Shown: positions 20,575-30,550, counted from the stretch's first letter. The stretch: DNA of 64,000 nucleotides from an uncultured Bacilli bacterium (GCA_944363885.1 CALVVO010000001.1:4865-68864); one strand, 5' to 3'. Numbers and translations are program-made. The notes: a model not told the origin generated them from the letters alone.

Positions 20575-20844
20575 TTATTTACCGCTTATTTCATTAACTT
20601 TTTTTGCTAATCTAGATTTTTGTCTACTAGCTGTGTTTTTCTTAATTATTCCAATTTTTTGTGCCTTATCAATTCTTTTAGTAGCAGTTTGTAAATTTTT
20701 TACAGCTTCTTCTAAATTATTTTCTTGAACACTTTTTTCTACTTTTTTAATAGCAGTTTTCATACTTGATTTAAAATCATTATTTAAAACACTTTTTTTC
20801 TTACTTGTTAAAATTCTTTTTTTAACACCTTTAATATTTGCCAT
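20575..20844 (-). CDS. rpsT: 30S ribosomal protein S20
   Basis: 89 aa, MANIKGVKKRI...SRLAKKVN, the typical S20 family. Confidence 0.9.
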   Translation of the reverse strand: MANIKGVKKRILTSKKKSVLNNDFKSSMKTAIKKVEKSVQENNLEEAVKNLQTATKRIDKAQKIGIIKKNTASRQKSRLAKKVNEISGK

Positions 20845-20929
20845 TTAAATCTTCCTCCCTTAAGTACAAAATAATTCTACCAAAAAACTGTATAAAAAGC
20901 AAATATAAAATAGAAAATAATATTAAGGA

Positions 20930-21676
20930 GTGACTATGGAAAAAGATGATATTATAATTGAAACAGCAGAAAAATTTATTAATGCAAGTGAAATTGAAAA
21001 CAAAATACGAAAAAACAAAAATATAAGTATTTCAGAAATAGAACTTGATAAAAAGACAGCAGAAAAAATAGGAAAAAATAAAGGAAAATATATTACAATA
21101 TATTTTGAAAAAATAGAAAGTAATGTTGAAACAATATTAAAAGAATTAGAAGTAAATTTAAAAAACACTATCAAATATTTAAATATTAAAAAAAACAGTA
21201 AAATATTAGTCATAGGTTTAGGAAATAAAAACATTACTAGCGATTCTTTAGGATACTTAGTTATAGAAAAAATGGATATAGACAATAACATATATAAAAT
21301 ATACAAAGAAGTAGAAGGATTAAGTAATATAAATACATTTGAATTTGTAAAAATGCTATCAAAAAAACTTGAAGTAAATTTAATAATTATTATAGATTCA
21401 TTATCAGCAAAAAATATAGAAAGATTAAACAAAACTATTCAAATATCTACCGGCGGCATAAAACCCGGAAGTGCATTATTAAACACATCATATGAGATAA
21501 GTGAAAAAACAATGAAAATACCAGTAATAGCAATTGGAGTACCAACCATAATAAATATGAATAAATTTTTAAAAGAAAAACCAAAAGAAGAACTAATAGT
21601 TACAAGCAAAGATATAGATATAGAAATAGAAAATATAGCAACAATGTTAAGTATTGTAATAAATAGAATATTATGA
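20930..21676 (+). CDS. gpr: Spore germination protease GPR (compact form)
   Basis: 248 aa colinear with B. subtilis GPR core motifs (ILVIGLGNKNITSDSLG, IDSLSAKNIERLNKTIQISTGGIKPGS, IPVIAIGVPT). The rpsT-gpr-spoIIP order matches B. subtilis. The C-terminal approximately 120 aa seen in Bacillus GPR is absent. Confidence 0.75.
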   Translation: MTMEKDDIIIETAEKFINASEIENKIRKNKNISISEIELDKKTAEKIGKNKGKYITIYFEKIESNVETILKELEVNLKNTIKYLNIKKNSKILVIGLGNKNITSDSLGYLVIEKMDIDNNIYKIYKEVEGLSNINTFEFVKMLSKKLEVNLIIIIDSLSAKNIERLNKTIQISTGGIKPGSALLNTSYEISEKTMKIPVIAIGVPTIINMNKFLKEKPKEELIVTSKDIDIEIENIATMLSIVINRIL

Positions 21677-21734
21677 CATAAAACGAGTAATTTTTCATTC
21701 TCTTCTTATTATAATTCTAATAAAGGAGAGTGTT

Positions 21735-22706
21735 ATGAAAAAGTTTAAAAGTAAAAAGAAAAGTTTTAACGTTAAAATATTGTTTTACATATTTATATTT
21801 TTACTATCATTTAATGCTACTATAAAATTATGTTTAGGGCGAGATGGAGATAATAAAGAATTTTTGATAAGTATGTTACTAGGAGACATGTTAAAAAATG
21901 AAAATGTAATAGTTTCAAGTTTAAGTGCCAAATTGAGCGAACCAAAAGAAATGATATATAATTCATTAAACAAAATAGTAAATAAAGATAATCTAAGTGT
22001 ATTTTCAAATATAGAAGACGATGACTTTGATTATGAAAATGAAAAAACAAACTATATAGAAGACCCAAATCCAATAAACGTAGAAGAACCAATTGTTTAT
22101 ATTTATAACTCTCATCAAACAGAAGAATATTCTTCAAGTAATCCTTTGGATTATAGTGTAAAACCAAATGTAATGATTGCTTCATATGTAATGAAAGAAT
22201 ATATGAATGATAATGGCGTCCCAGCTATTGTAGAAACAGCTAACATAAAAGATTATTTAACTAGTAATGGTTTAAAATACAATAAAAGCTACGTTGCAAG
22301 CAAATATTATATAGAGCAAGCATTAAATAAATACAGTTCAATTAAATATCTTATAGATATACATAGAGATAGTGCGACAATTGATAAAACACTATACGAA
22401 CAAGACGGGAAAAGTTATGCAAGAATACTTTTTGTTGTTGGAATGGAACATGAAGGGTATGAAAGTAATTTAAATTTAGCGACAACATTAAATGAAAAAA
22501 TAAAAGAAAAATACCCTGGTATAAGCAGAGGAATCAGCAAAAAAAGTGGTAGCAACGTAAACGGAATATACAATCAAGATATGAGTGAAAACGCAATGTT
22601 AATCGAAATAGGTGGAGTAGATAACGAAATAGAACAAGTATATAATACAATAAATGCAATAAGCGAAATAATAGTTAACTACATAAAGGGACAAAACAAT
22701 GGATAA
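21735..22706 (+). CDS. spoIIP: Stage II sporulation protein P
   Basis: 323 aa with a signal anchor and an amidase-like SpoIIP domain (IYIYNSHQTEEY, IDIHRDS, ARILFVVG). It follows gpr. Confidence 0.8.
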   Translation: MKKFKSKKKSFNVKILFYIFIFLLSFNATIKLCLGRDGDNKEFLISMLLGDMLKNENVIVSSLSAKLSEPKEMIYNSLNKIVNKDNLSVFSNIEDDDFDYENEKTNYIEDPNPINVEEPIVYIYNSHQTEEYSSSNPLDYSVKPNVMIASYVMKEYMNDNGVPAIVETANIKDYLTSNGLKYNKSYVASKYYIEQALNKYSSIKYLIDIHRDSATIDKTLYEQDGKSYARILFVVGMEHEGYESNLNLATTLNEKIKEKYPGISRGISKKSGSNVNGIYNQDMSENAMLIEIGGVDNEIEQVYNTINAISEIIVNYIKGQNNG

Positions 22707-23028
22707 AAAAAAGAAGAAAAACTATTTTGGAATACTCATGGGTATATCATTTATAGTATTTCTTGTTCTTTATTTTGCACAACTAAATGGATATTATGAC
22801 TATACAAATTATAATAAAATGCAAATAACTAAGGAAGCAATGGAACAGTTTGAAAAAGATGTAAGCGAAGGAAAAAACATTGAAATAGAAGATTATTTAG
22901 AATTCACGTATACAGACTATTCAAATGGAATGTCAAATTTAGGAATAAAAACTGGTGCATTCATTGAAAAACTAATGGTAGATGGAATAGGAGAGACTAT
23001 AAAAATATTTAAAATTCTATTTACATAA
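22699..23028 (+). CDS. Small membrane protein at the position of yqxA
   Basis: 109 aa with one TM helix. It overlaps the spoIIP stop by 8 nt, as yqxA follows spoIIP in B. subtilis. Confidence 0.4.
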   Translation: MDKKKKKNYFGILMGISFIVFLVLYFAQLNGYYDYTNYNKMQITKEAMEQFEKDVSEGKNIEIEDYLEFTYTDYSNGMSNLGIKTGAFIEKLMVDGIGETIKIFKILFT

Positions 23029-23112
23029 AAAAAGAGAACTTTTTACTACTAGTAGTGAAATACTTAAATCCCTTAAATAATTCAGTTCTCTAATATAATA
23101 TATGAAAAATAA

Positions 23113-23466
23113 CTATTTTTGTTCTACTAATAATGAAGCACATTTTCTATAAGTCCTAGTAAGTAATCCTCTGCCAAGTAAAGTACCACCAAAATATCTA
23201 ACAACAATAATAAGTACATTATCAAGTTTTTTCTGCTCAATAACATCAAGAATAGGTTTACCTGCAGAATTACTAGGCTCTTTATCTTCATATTTTTTAA
23301 CATAATTACCGATTTTGTAAGCATATACTATATGTTTACATTTTTTATGCTCAATTTTTAGCATATTTAAAATACTATTTATTTCATCTAACGATTCAAT
23401 AAAATATAAATATCCATAAAATTTACTTTTCTTTTCTTCTACATATCTTTCATTTAACTTTTTCAT
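23113..23466 (-). CDS. IMPACT/YigZ-family N-terminal domain protein (short)
   Basis: 117 aa with IMPACT-domain motifs (KSKFYGYLYFIES, EPSNSAGKPIL, VVRYFGGTLLGRGLL). It lacks the C-terminal domain of full-length YigZ. Confidence 0.65.
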   Translation of the reverse strand: MKKLNERYVEEKKSKFYGYLYFIESLDEINSILNMLKIEHKKCKHIVYAYKIGNYVKKYEDKEPSNSAGKPILDVIEQKKLDNVLIIVVRYFGGTLLGRGLLTRTYRKCASLLVEQK

Positions 23467-23503
23467 AACATTATTTTACAATATATTTTATCAAATTTAA
23501 ATC

Positions 23504-25423
23504 TTAACTATTTTTTAATTTCATAGAAAATTCATCATCATTAATTGGAATTTTTATAATATTTGATAAAGTAGACTCAACGTCATTTACATCAATTTCT
23601 AATAAATTTGCAATAGTTTCATTGGATAGTTTCTTGCCATTTAAAATCATACTTTTTAATAAAATAACCATTGTTTCAACTGTTGAAATAGATAGATTAT
23701 TTGCTAAAGAATCAATATAAGAAGCATTTATTAATTTTTTTATTTTTTTATAATCTTCAAGTGACAAAGTTAAATTTGGTTCACCTTCATAATAATTATT
23801 TTCAGGTTTTTCTTTGTTAGACTCATCAAGTTTTCGCTTGTTTTGTAATTTTTTTTTCATTTTAGGAATTAAAGAAAGATAGAAAATAGAGTGATTTTCT
23901 TTAGACCAAGATGGATCAGTACTAGGGTGTTCTAAATCATCGCCGTAACGCAATCTGATTAATTCCTTTTCATCGTCGTTAAGTTGAAAAAGCATATTAT
24001 CAATTTCTTCTTTTGAAAAATCACTAAAATATTCATATATACTTTTTAACTTTCTACCCTTATGAACAGGTTTAGCCGCATTTTTTAGTAATCTTTTCAT
24101 TTTAGGAATTAAAGAACGATAAAAAACAGAGTAATTTTTTCTAGACCAAGATGAGTCAGTAACAGGATGTTCTAAATCATTGCCATAATGCATTCTTACT
24201 AATTCTTTCTCATCTTCATTAAGTTGTGACAACATATTATCTATTTCTTCTTTTGAAAAATCACTAAAATATTCATAAATAGTTTTCAATTTTCTATTTT
24301 TATAAATAGGTTTAGTCATATTTTTTAGTAATCTTTTCATTTTAGGAACTAATATACCATAAAATGAATAAGCGTTTTCTTTAGACCAAGATGGATCAGT
24401 AACAAGATGTTCTAAATCATCACCGTAGCGCATTCTTACTAATTCTTTCTCATCTTCATTAAGTTGTGACAACATATTATCTATTTCATCTTTCGAAAAA
24501 TCACTAAAAAGTTCATAAATAGTTTTTAATTTTCTATTTTTATAAATAGGTTTAGTCGTATTTTTTAGTAATCTTTTCATTTTTGGAACTAAGAAACGAT
24601 AAAAGATATAGCTATTTTCTCTAGTCCAAGATGGATCAGTAACAGGATGTTCTAAATCATCGCCGTAGCGCATTCTTACTAATTCTTTCTCATTTTCATT
24701 AAGTTGTGATAACATATTGTCTATTTCTTCTTTTGAAAAATCACTAAAATATTCATAAATAGGTTTTAACCTTCTTTTATTTTGAAACTCATTATTTTCT
24801 AATTGTAATTTTATTGTTTTTAAAGTTGCTGTTATAATTCTAGAAACATACGATTGAGATATTTTCATTTGAGAACTAATTTCATTTTGATTAAGTGGTT
24901 CACAATTAAAACCAAAATACAGCATAATAATTTGCTTTTCACGTTCGGGCAAATTTTCAATTACTCTTCTCACTTCGTCATATAATTCTTTTTCTTCAAT
25001 AGAAAAAACAAAATCTTCATCAGAATCCATTAATATATCCTTTAAAAACAATTCACTACCATCTTTATTTGTAGAAATAGGAGAAGTTAAACTAACATGT
25101 TCTTTATGTGTTTTATTTTTTCGTATGAACAATAAAATCTCATTATCTATACATTTCATAGCATAGGTAGAAAACTTAACTTCTCTATTTATATCAAAAG
25201 TATCCACTGCTTTTATTAAACCCATTAATCCAATTGAAACCAACTCGTCCATATCGTATGGATAAGAAGAAAATTTACCAGGAACTCTATATAATACTAA
25301 TTTAATATTATGGTTTATAATAATTTCTCTAGATTTTAAATCGCCATTTTGAAATCTAATAAAATATTCTACAATCTCTTTATCATCAAGTGGCTTTGGC
25401 AAATTATTTTCAACAAACAACAT
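23504..25423 (-). CDS. Sporulation-type (SigE/SigK-clade) sigma-70 factor fused to four tandem region-4-like repeats and a C-terminal helical domain
   Basis: 639 aa. Residues 1 to approximately 212 form a complete sigma (LPKPLDDKEIVEYFIRFQNGD, NIKLVLYRV, STYAMKCIDNEILLFIRKNK, LPEREKQIIMLYFGF...ISQSYVSRI) with no pro-sequence. Residues approximately 213-535 are four 79-81 aa repeats (IYEYFSDFSKEEIDNMLSQLNEDEKELVRMRYGDDLEHPVTDPSW...IPKMKRLLKN), each resembling region 4.1 plus a degenerate helix. The final approximately 100 aa form another helical module. Confidence 0.65.
   Translation of the reverse strand: MLFVENNLPKPLDDKEIVEYFIRFQNGDLKSREIIINHNIKLVLYRVPGKFSSYPYDMDELVSIGLMGLIKAVDTFDINREVKFSTYAMKCIDNEILLFIRKNKTHKEHVSLTSPISTNKDGSELFLKDILMDSDEDFVFSIEEKELYDEVRRVIENLPEREKQIIMLYFGFNCEPLNQNEISSQMKISQSYVSRIITATLKTIKLQLENNEFQNKRRLKPIYEYFSDFSKEEIDNMLSQLNENEKELVRMRYGDDLEHPVTDPSWTRENSYIFYRFLVPKMKRLLKNTTKPIYKNRKLKTIYELFSDFSKDEIDNMLSQLNEDEKELVRMRYGDDLEHLVTDPSWSKENAYSFYGILVPKMKRLLKNMTKPIYKNRKLKTIYEYFSDFSKEEIDNMLSQLNEDEKELVRMHYGNDLEHPVTDSSWSRKNYSVFYRSLIPKMKRLLKNAAKPVHKGRKLKSIYEYFSDFSKEEIDNMLFQLNDDEKELIRLRYGDDLEHPSTDPSWSKENHSIFYLSLIPKMKKKLQNKRKLDESNKEKPENNYYEGEPNLTLSLEDYKKIKKLINASYIDSLANNLSISTVETMVILLKSMILNGKKLSNETIANLLEIDVNDVESTLSNIIKIPINDDEFSMKLKNS
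23822..24787. repeat. Four diverged tandem DNA repeats of about 240 bp (coding, inside the sigma-fusion gene)
   Basis: Recurring blocks, for example ...TCATCTTCATTAAGTTGTGACAACATATTATCTATTTCTTCTTTTGAAAAATCACTAAAATATTCATAAATAG..., with a period of about 237-241 bp. Copies are roughly 85-90% identical and in frame. Confidence 0.8.
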
Positions 25424-25536
25424 AGATATATTCCTCCAATAAAATATCTTTTATTTTAACACTTAAACTATAATTAATCCAGTTAAAAATAGCAAAATAT
25501 TTAAAATAATATTTATTTAAAATTAATAATAAATAA

Positions 25537-25544
25537 TGTATAAT
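25537..25544 (+). promoter_or_regulatory. Extended -10 element (TGTATAAT) upstream of uvrC
   Basis: TGTATAAT lies 17 nt upstream of the uvrC ATG, within the divergent intergenic region shared with the sigma-fusion gene. Confidence 0.3.
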
Positions 25545-25560
25545 TTATATAGTGATTTTT

Positions 25561-27315
25561 ATGATAAAAGAAAAATTAAAATTATTGCCTAAAAAAAGCG
25601 GTTGTTATTTAATGAAAAACAGCGAAGGAATAGTAATTTATGTTGGAAAAGCAAAAAACTTATTCAATCGTGTAAAAAGTTATTTTACTGGTAGAGTCAC
25701 TGGCAAAACAAAAAAATTAGTTAGTGAAATTGTAGACTTTGAATATATAGTTACAGGTAGCGAATTAGAAGCATTTATATTAGAAATAAATTTAATAAAA
25801 AAATACGACCCAAAATATAACATACTTTTAAAAGATGATAAAAGTTATCCATACATTGAATTAACGAACGAAAAATATCCAAGATTAATAGTAAAAAGAG
25901 AAATAAATATAAATAAAAAGAAAACTGATTTATATGGTCCATATCCAAACGTATATGCAGCAAGAAGACTAGTTAACTTAATAAATAGATTATACCCACT
26001 AAAAAAATGTGATAAAATGCCCAAAAAAGAATGTTTATATTATCACATTGAAGAATGTTTAGGATACTGCATACACAAAGATTTAGATATAACTGAAATG
26101 TTAAACGAAATAAAACAAATATTAAATGGCAATGACGAAATATTAATAAACAAATTATATGATAAAATTAACAAACACTCAGAAAACATGAATTATGAGC
26201 AAGCACTTGAATTAAAAAAAGAACTAGACTACATAAAAGTAGTATTTGAAAAGCAAAAAGTTGAATTAAATGACGGAATAAATAGAGACATATTTAACTA
26301 TTACACAGATAAAGGATACATAAGTATTGAATCATTCTTTTTAAGAAACGGTAAATTAGTAGGCGGAAATAACAAAATACTTCCAATCATAAGCGACGAA
26401 AAAGAAACACTAGAATACTATATAGTAGACTTTTATTCAAAGAAAAACATCGCGCCTAAAGAAGTCATAGTTCCAGATGTAGTTAATACAGAAATGCTAG
26501 CTAAAATAATAGAAACTAAAGTAATAAATGTACAAAAAGGAACAAAAAAACGAATATTTGACATGGCATATGAAAATGCAAAAATAAACTTTGAAACGTC
26601 TATTGAATTAATATATAGAAACGAAGAAAGAAACTATGATGCCAATACTAATTTAGGAAAAATTCTTGGAATTAAAAACTTGCATGTAATAGAAGCATTT
26701 GATAACTCAAACTTATTTGGAACATTTACTGTTTCAGCAATGGTAACATTTATAGATGGAATACCCTCAAAAAAAGATTATAGAAAATTTAAAATCAGTT
26801 TTGAAGGTAACGACGATGTAGGAAGCATGAAAGAAGTAATATATAGAAGATATTTTAAAGTGTTAATGAATAATTTAAGAAAGCCCGACTTAATACTAGT
26901 AGATGGAGCAATTAATCAAATAAATGCAGCTAAAAGCGTATTAGATGATTTAAATTTAAAAATAAAAGTATGTGGTTTAAAAAAAGATAAACATCATAAA
27001 ATATGTGCCTTAATAGATGGCGATACATTAAAAGAAATTAATATTGAAAAAAACGATAACGTGTTCTTCCTTTTAACAAGAATAAGTGATGAAGTACACA
27101 GATTTACAATAAATTATCATCGAGCAATTAGAAGCAAAAGCAATCTAAACAGCTTATTAGACGAAGTTGAAGGGCTAGGAACTGTGAGAAAAAAAGAATT
27201 AATGAAAGAATTTGGATCATTAAAAAAATTAAAAGAAGCAAGTTTAGAAGAAATAGAAAAAATAGTACCAAAAAAAGTTGCATTAACACTGTATAATTTT
27301 TTAAAAAATAAATAA
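25561..27315 (+). CDS. uvrC: Excinuclease ABC subunit C
   Basis: 584 aa from MIKEKLKLLPKKSGCYLMKN. GIY-YIG N-terminus (IYVGKAKNLFNRVKSYF), UvrBC domain, RNase H-like and HhH C-terminus. Confidence 0.95.
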   Translation: MIKEKLKLLPKKSGCYLMKNSEGIVIYVGKAKNLFNRVKSYFTGRVTGKTKKLVSEIVDFEYIVTGSELEAFILEINLIKKYDPKYNILLKDDKSYPYIELTNEKYPRLIVKREININKKKTDLYGPYPNVYAARRLVNLINRLYPLKKCDKMPKKECLYYHIEECLGYCIHKDLDITEMLNEIKQILNGNDEILINKLYDKINKHSENMNYEQALELKKELDYIKVVFEKQKVELNDGINRDIFNYYTDKGYISIESFFLRNGKLVGGNNKILPIISDEKETLEYYIVDFYSKKNIAPKEVIVPDVVNTEMLAKIIETKVINVQKGTKKRIFDMAYENAKINFETSIELIYRNEERNYDANTNLGKILGIKNLHVIEAFDNSNLFGTFTVSAMVTFIDGIPSKKDYRKFKISFEGNDDVGSMKEVIYRRYFKVLMNNLRKPDLILVDGAINQINAAKSVLDDLNLKIKVCGLKKDKHHKICALIDGDTLKEINIEKNDNVFFLLTRISDEVHRFTINYHRAIRSKSNLNSLLDEVEGLGTVRKKELMKEFGSLKKLKEASLEEIEKIVPKKVALTLYNFLKNK

Positions 27316-27336
27316 GTTATTTAAAAATATTGTAAC

Positions 27337-28182
27337 TTGTTGTATAATGAAAATATGAAAAAAAATAGGAAAGTTTTTAATTATGAACAACCAAAGTATA
27401 TTTATTTGCCTTATGAAAGCAAGGAAAATGTAAAAATTCCCGCAGATGGCAATGTTTTAGTAAGCACGGAAATTTCAACATATAATGGAAAAACAATTAC
27501 AAGTTCAGTATCAGGAAAAATACTAGGAAGCAGTAATGTTTATTTAAATAATAAACCAATAAATGCCATTGCAATAGAAAATGATTTTAAGGATTTAAAA
27601 AGAGAAGTTGTGAAAAGCAGGTCATTTTTTGATTATGGTAAAAACGATATAAGAAATATATTAAAAGAAAATAAATTAGAAAAGTCAAAAATGGATCCGA
27701 TTGTACTAGAAATAAAATATGAAAAAAATTATGATGAAAGCGATTATTTATTAGTAAAAGAATATGCAAATGATATACTAGAAACACTAGATAAAATTGC
27801 ATACGGTTATGACATTAAACACATATATTTAGTAGTGAACAAAAAAGACAAAGCAGTAAGAGATGAATTTTTAAACTATCTAGGTACTTATTTAAATATA
27901 GATTTAGTTAAAAAATTAAAAATTGAACATGCAAGTTTTAATGTAGAAGAAATAGTAAATTTAAATAATATATTTAAAATAAAGGCAAGAAGTAGATACA
28001 TATACTTAACTATAAACAATAAAGGAATCGTTTATTTGGTAAAAACAAAAAAATATCAAAAATTAAAAGAGCTTTTAATTGCATTAAATATTACAAGTAA
28101 CAATATGTATGACATAAACAAAAACAAACTCAACGATCTCGAAGTTTTAAATGGAGACATTAGAACAATAATAGTAAAATAG
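27337..28182 (+). CDS. Hypothetical protein
   Basis: 281 aa with no recognisable motifs. It lies between uvrC and holA. Confidence 0.4.
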   Translation: MLYNENMKKNRKVFNYEQPKYIYLPYESKENVKIPADGNVLVSTEISTYNGKTITSSVSGKILGSSNVYLNNKPINAIAIENDFKDLKREVVKSRSFFDYGKNDIRNILKENKLEKSKMDPIVLEIKYEKNYDESDYLLVKEYANDILETLDKIAYGYDIKHIYLVVNKKDKAVRDEFLNYLGTYLNIDLVKKLKIEHASFNVEEIVNLNNIFKIKARSRYIYLTINNKGIVYLVKTKKYQKLKELLIALNITSNNMYDINKNKLNDLEVLNGDIRTIIVK

Positions 28183-28190
28183 GTGGTTTT

Positions 28191-29129
28191 ATGTATTTAG
28201 TATATGGCAATAGTTTAGTAGAAATAAAAGAAAAAATAAATAAAATCATAGAAACTATTAATACAAGCAACATAATTAAGTATAATTACACAGAAACTGA
28301 CATAGACTTAATATTAGAAGATGCCTGTTATTTTAGTATGTTTGATGATAAAAAATGCATAGTTATCAGTGACTGTATATTTTTAACTAGCAAAGAAAAA
28401 GATTCTGCAAATATAGATAAATTACTTAGATATATTAAAAATCCAAATGAAAAAACAATAATAATTTTTAGCCTTAATGAAGAAAAACTAGATGAAAGAA
28501 AAAAAATAACAAAAGAATTAAAAAAATGTTGTGAAGTTTTTACATTCAATAAAAAAGATAACAAAAATATAATTTCTATAATTATGGAAAACTTAAATAA
28601 TGAAAACTATGATATAGAATCAGCCGCATTAAACGAATTATTAGTAAGGTGTGAAAATAATAAAGATACAATATTAAATGAACTAGAAAAACTAAAAATG
28701 TATAAAATAAACGATAAAAAAATAGAATTAAATGATGTTATTGTAGTAGTCCCAAAATCATTAGAAAACAATATTTATAAATTAACAAATGCAATATCAG
28801 AAAAAAACAAAAATGAAATATTTCGAATATATAAAGAATTAATTGATAATAAAACTGACGAATTTATAATAATAGGGCTACTTGAAAGCCAATTTAGATT
28901 GTTCCTTTCAATTAAAGTTCTCTTAGAAGACGGGAAGAATCAATATGAAATAAATGAAGTACTAAAAGAGCATCCATACAGAATACAACTAGGAATAAAA
29001 GAATCAGTAAAATTCAAAAAAAAGGAATTAATAAATTATTTAGAAAAATTATATGAAATAGATAAAAGTAAAAAAACTGGAGAAATATGTGAAAACAATT
29101 CTTTGGAAATGTTTTTATTAGAAATGTGA
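28191..29129 (+). CDS. holA: DNA polymerase III delta subunit
   Basis: 312 aa. The N-terminus MYLVYGNSLVEIKEKINKI and the length resemble Firmicute HolA (YqeN). Confidence 0.65.
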   Translation: MYLVYGNSLVEIKEKINKIIETINTSNIIKYNYTETDIDLILEDACYFSMFDDKKCIVISDCIFLTSKEKDSANIDKLLRYIKNPNEKTIIIFSLNEEKLDERKKITKELKKCCEVFTFNKKDNKNIISIIMENLNNENYDIESAALNELLVRCENNKDTILNELEKLKMYKINDKKIELNDVIVVVPKSLENNIYKLTNAISEKNKNEIFRIYKELIDNKTDEFIIIGLLESQFRLFLSIKVLLEDGKNQYEINEVLKEHPYRIQLGIKESVKFKKKELINYLEKLYEIDKSKKTGEICENNSLEMFLLEM

Positions 29130-29136
29130 GGAAAAA

Positions 29137-29793
29137 ATGGGAAAATTAGATAAAATAGAAATACCAAAATACAGTTTAAGCGAAGAAATTATAAATGGAA
29201 TTACTCATGGAATAGGAAGCTTACTATCAGTTACAGCATTAGTGTTGACTGTAGTTTTTAGTGCAATTCACAAAAACCCATGGGCAGTAGTAGCTTCAGC
29301 AATATATGGTTCAACATTAATAATACTATATACAATGTCTACAATATATCATTCTTTAAAAGTCAACAAAGGTAAAAAAGTATTAAGAATAATAGATCAC
29401 TGTAGTATTTATTTATTAATTGCCGGGACATACACTCCATATACGTTAGTCACTTTAAATGGTGCTTTAGGCTGGACATTTTTTGGAATTGTTTGGGGTG
29501 CAGCAATAATTGGCATAATATTAAATGCCATCGACATAAAAAAATTTAAAGTTATATCGATGATAATGTATTTACTCATGGGCTGGGTTATTATTGCAGC
29601 GATTAAACCTTTATATAATGCATTAGATATAAGAGGATTATGGTTATTATTAAGTGGCGGAATCATTTATACCATTGGTGCGGTTTTCTATGGAATTGGA
29701 AAAAAACACAAATACATGCACGGAATGTTTCATCTTTTTGTATTAGCAGCAAGCATATTACATTTTTTCTCAATATTCTTATATGTAATATAA
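29137..29793 (+). CDS. Hemolysin III/PAQR-family channel protein
   Basis: 218 aa with seven TM helices and conserved His residues (NGITHGIG, HSLK, IDHCSIY, HLFVL). Confidence 0.85.
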   Translation: MGKLDKIEIPKYSLSEEIINGITHGIGSLLSVTALVLTVVFSAIHKNPWAVVASAIYGSTLIILYTMSTIYHSLKVNKGKKVLRIIDHCSIYLLIAGTYTPYTLVTLNGALGWTFFGIVWGAAIIGIILNAIDIKKFKVISMIMYLLMGWVIIAAIKPLYNALDIRGLWLLLSGGIIYTIGAVFYGIGKKHKYMHGMFHLFVLAASILHFFSIFLYVI

Positions 29794-29932
29794 TTACTAT
29801 AAAATTAATTTAAAATGATTTTACAATAAAAATACATAAAATATTTCAAATATAAATCTGACTTTGACATTTACATTAAAAATAAATATAATTAATTAAA
29901 TTAAAGAAAATTAAATAATAAGAGGTTTAATT

Positions 29933-30454
29933 ATGGATGCAATTAAAATATTAATAGACGAAGACAAAAAGGATTATAAATGCTATGACATACTAAAATC
30001 ATTACTAAATTCTAATTTAAAATTTAAAAACTTAGTTGAAAAAGGCATTGAAGAAGGCAAATTAAGTGGTTTTAATGAACAATTATGGAATATGATTAGA
30101 GCACAAAATGTAAGAGGAATAGATAACTTTGAAGAAGTTTTTGTCGATGGAGCCAATTTAGGATGTTGTACTTCAGCATCAAAACAACTTAGCTACTCAT
30201 TTAGCAAATGTTATATCTGTGGAGGAGTCTTACCAATATTGGCTGGCACTAAAAATTGTCCAGATGGAAGTCATACCTGGATATCAATCAACTCAAAAGT
30301 TATAGATACATCTCTAATGCTAATAATTGACGAAAGTTATTCAAAAAATTTTGGTTATATAGAAGAAAATAGATATGACCCAAATAGAAACCCATATTAT
30401 TTAGCTGCAAAAGAATGGACAAATGACGAAGAAATAAGAAAAAAACATATTTAA
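29933..30454 (+). CDS. Hypothetical Cys-containing protein (possible small thiol hydrolase fold)
   Basis: 173 aa with GANLGCCTSASKQ, CYICGG and CPDGSHTW segments. No confident family assignment. Confidence 0.4.
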   Translation: MDAIKILIDEDKKDYKCYDILKSLLNSNLKFKNLVEKGIEEGKLSGFNEQLWNMIRAQNVRGIDNFEEVFVDGANLGCCTSASKQLSYSFSKCYICGGVLPILAGTKNCPDGSHTWISINSKVIDTSLMLIIDESYSKNFGYIEENRYDPNRNPYYLAAKEWTNDEEIRKKHI

Positions 30455-30504
30455 AAACCACATATTTTTTTACTAAAAATACATTAAAACATATTTTAAA
30501 ATAC

Positions 30505-30533
30505 TTGCTGTTTTATAGTTTTAAATATATAAT
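30505..30533 (+). promoter_or_regulatory. Sigma-A type promoter upstream of nusB
   Basis: TTGCTG, a 17-nt spacer, then TATAAT. Confidence 0.4.
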
Positions 30534-30550
30534 GGGATAGGTGGTACATA

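Noticed and set aside
23822-24787. Possible CRISPR array or assembly-collapsed repeat at the 240-bp tandem repeats
   Set aside because: The units are 240 bp with no spacers, in frame within a long ORF, and 10-15% diverged from each other. They are coding domain repeats, not CRISPR, and not identical copies typical of mis-assembly.
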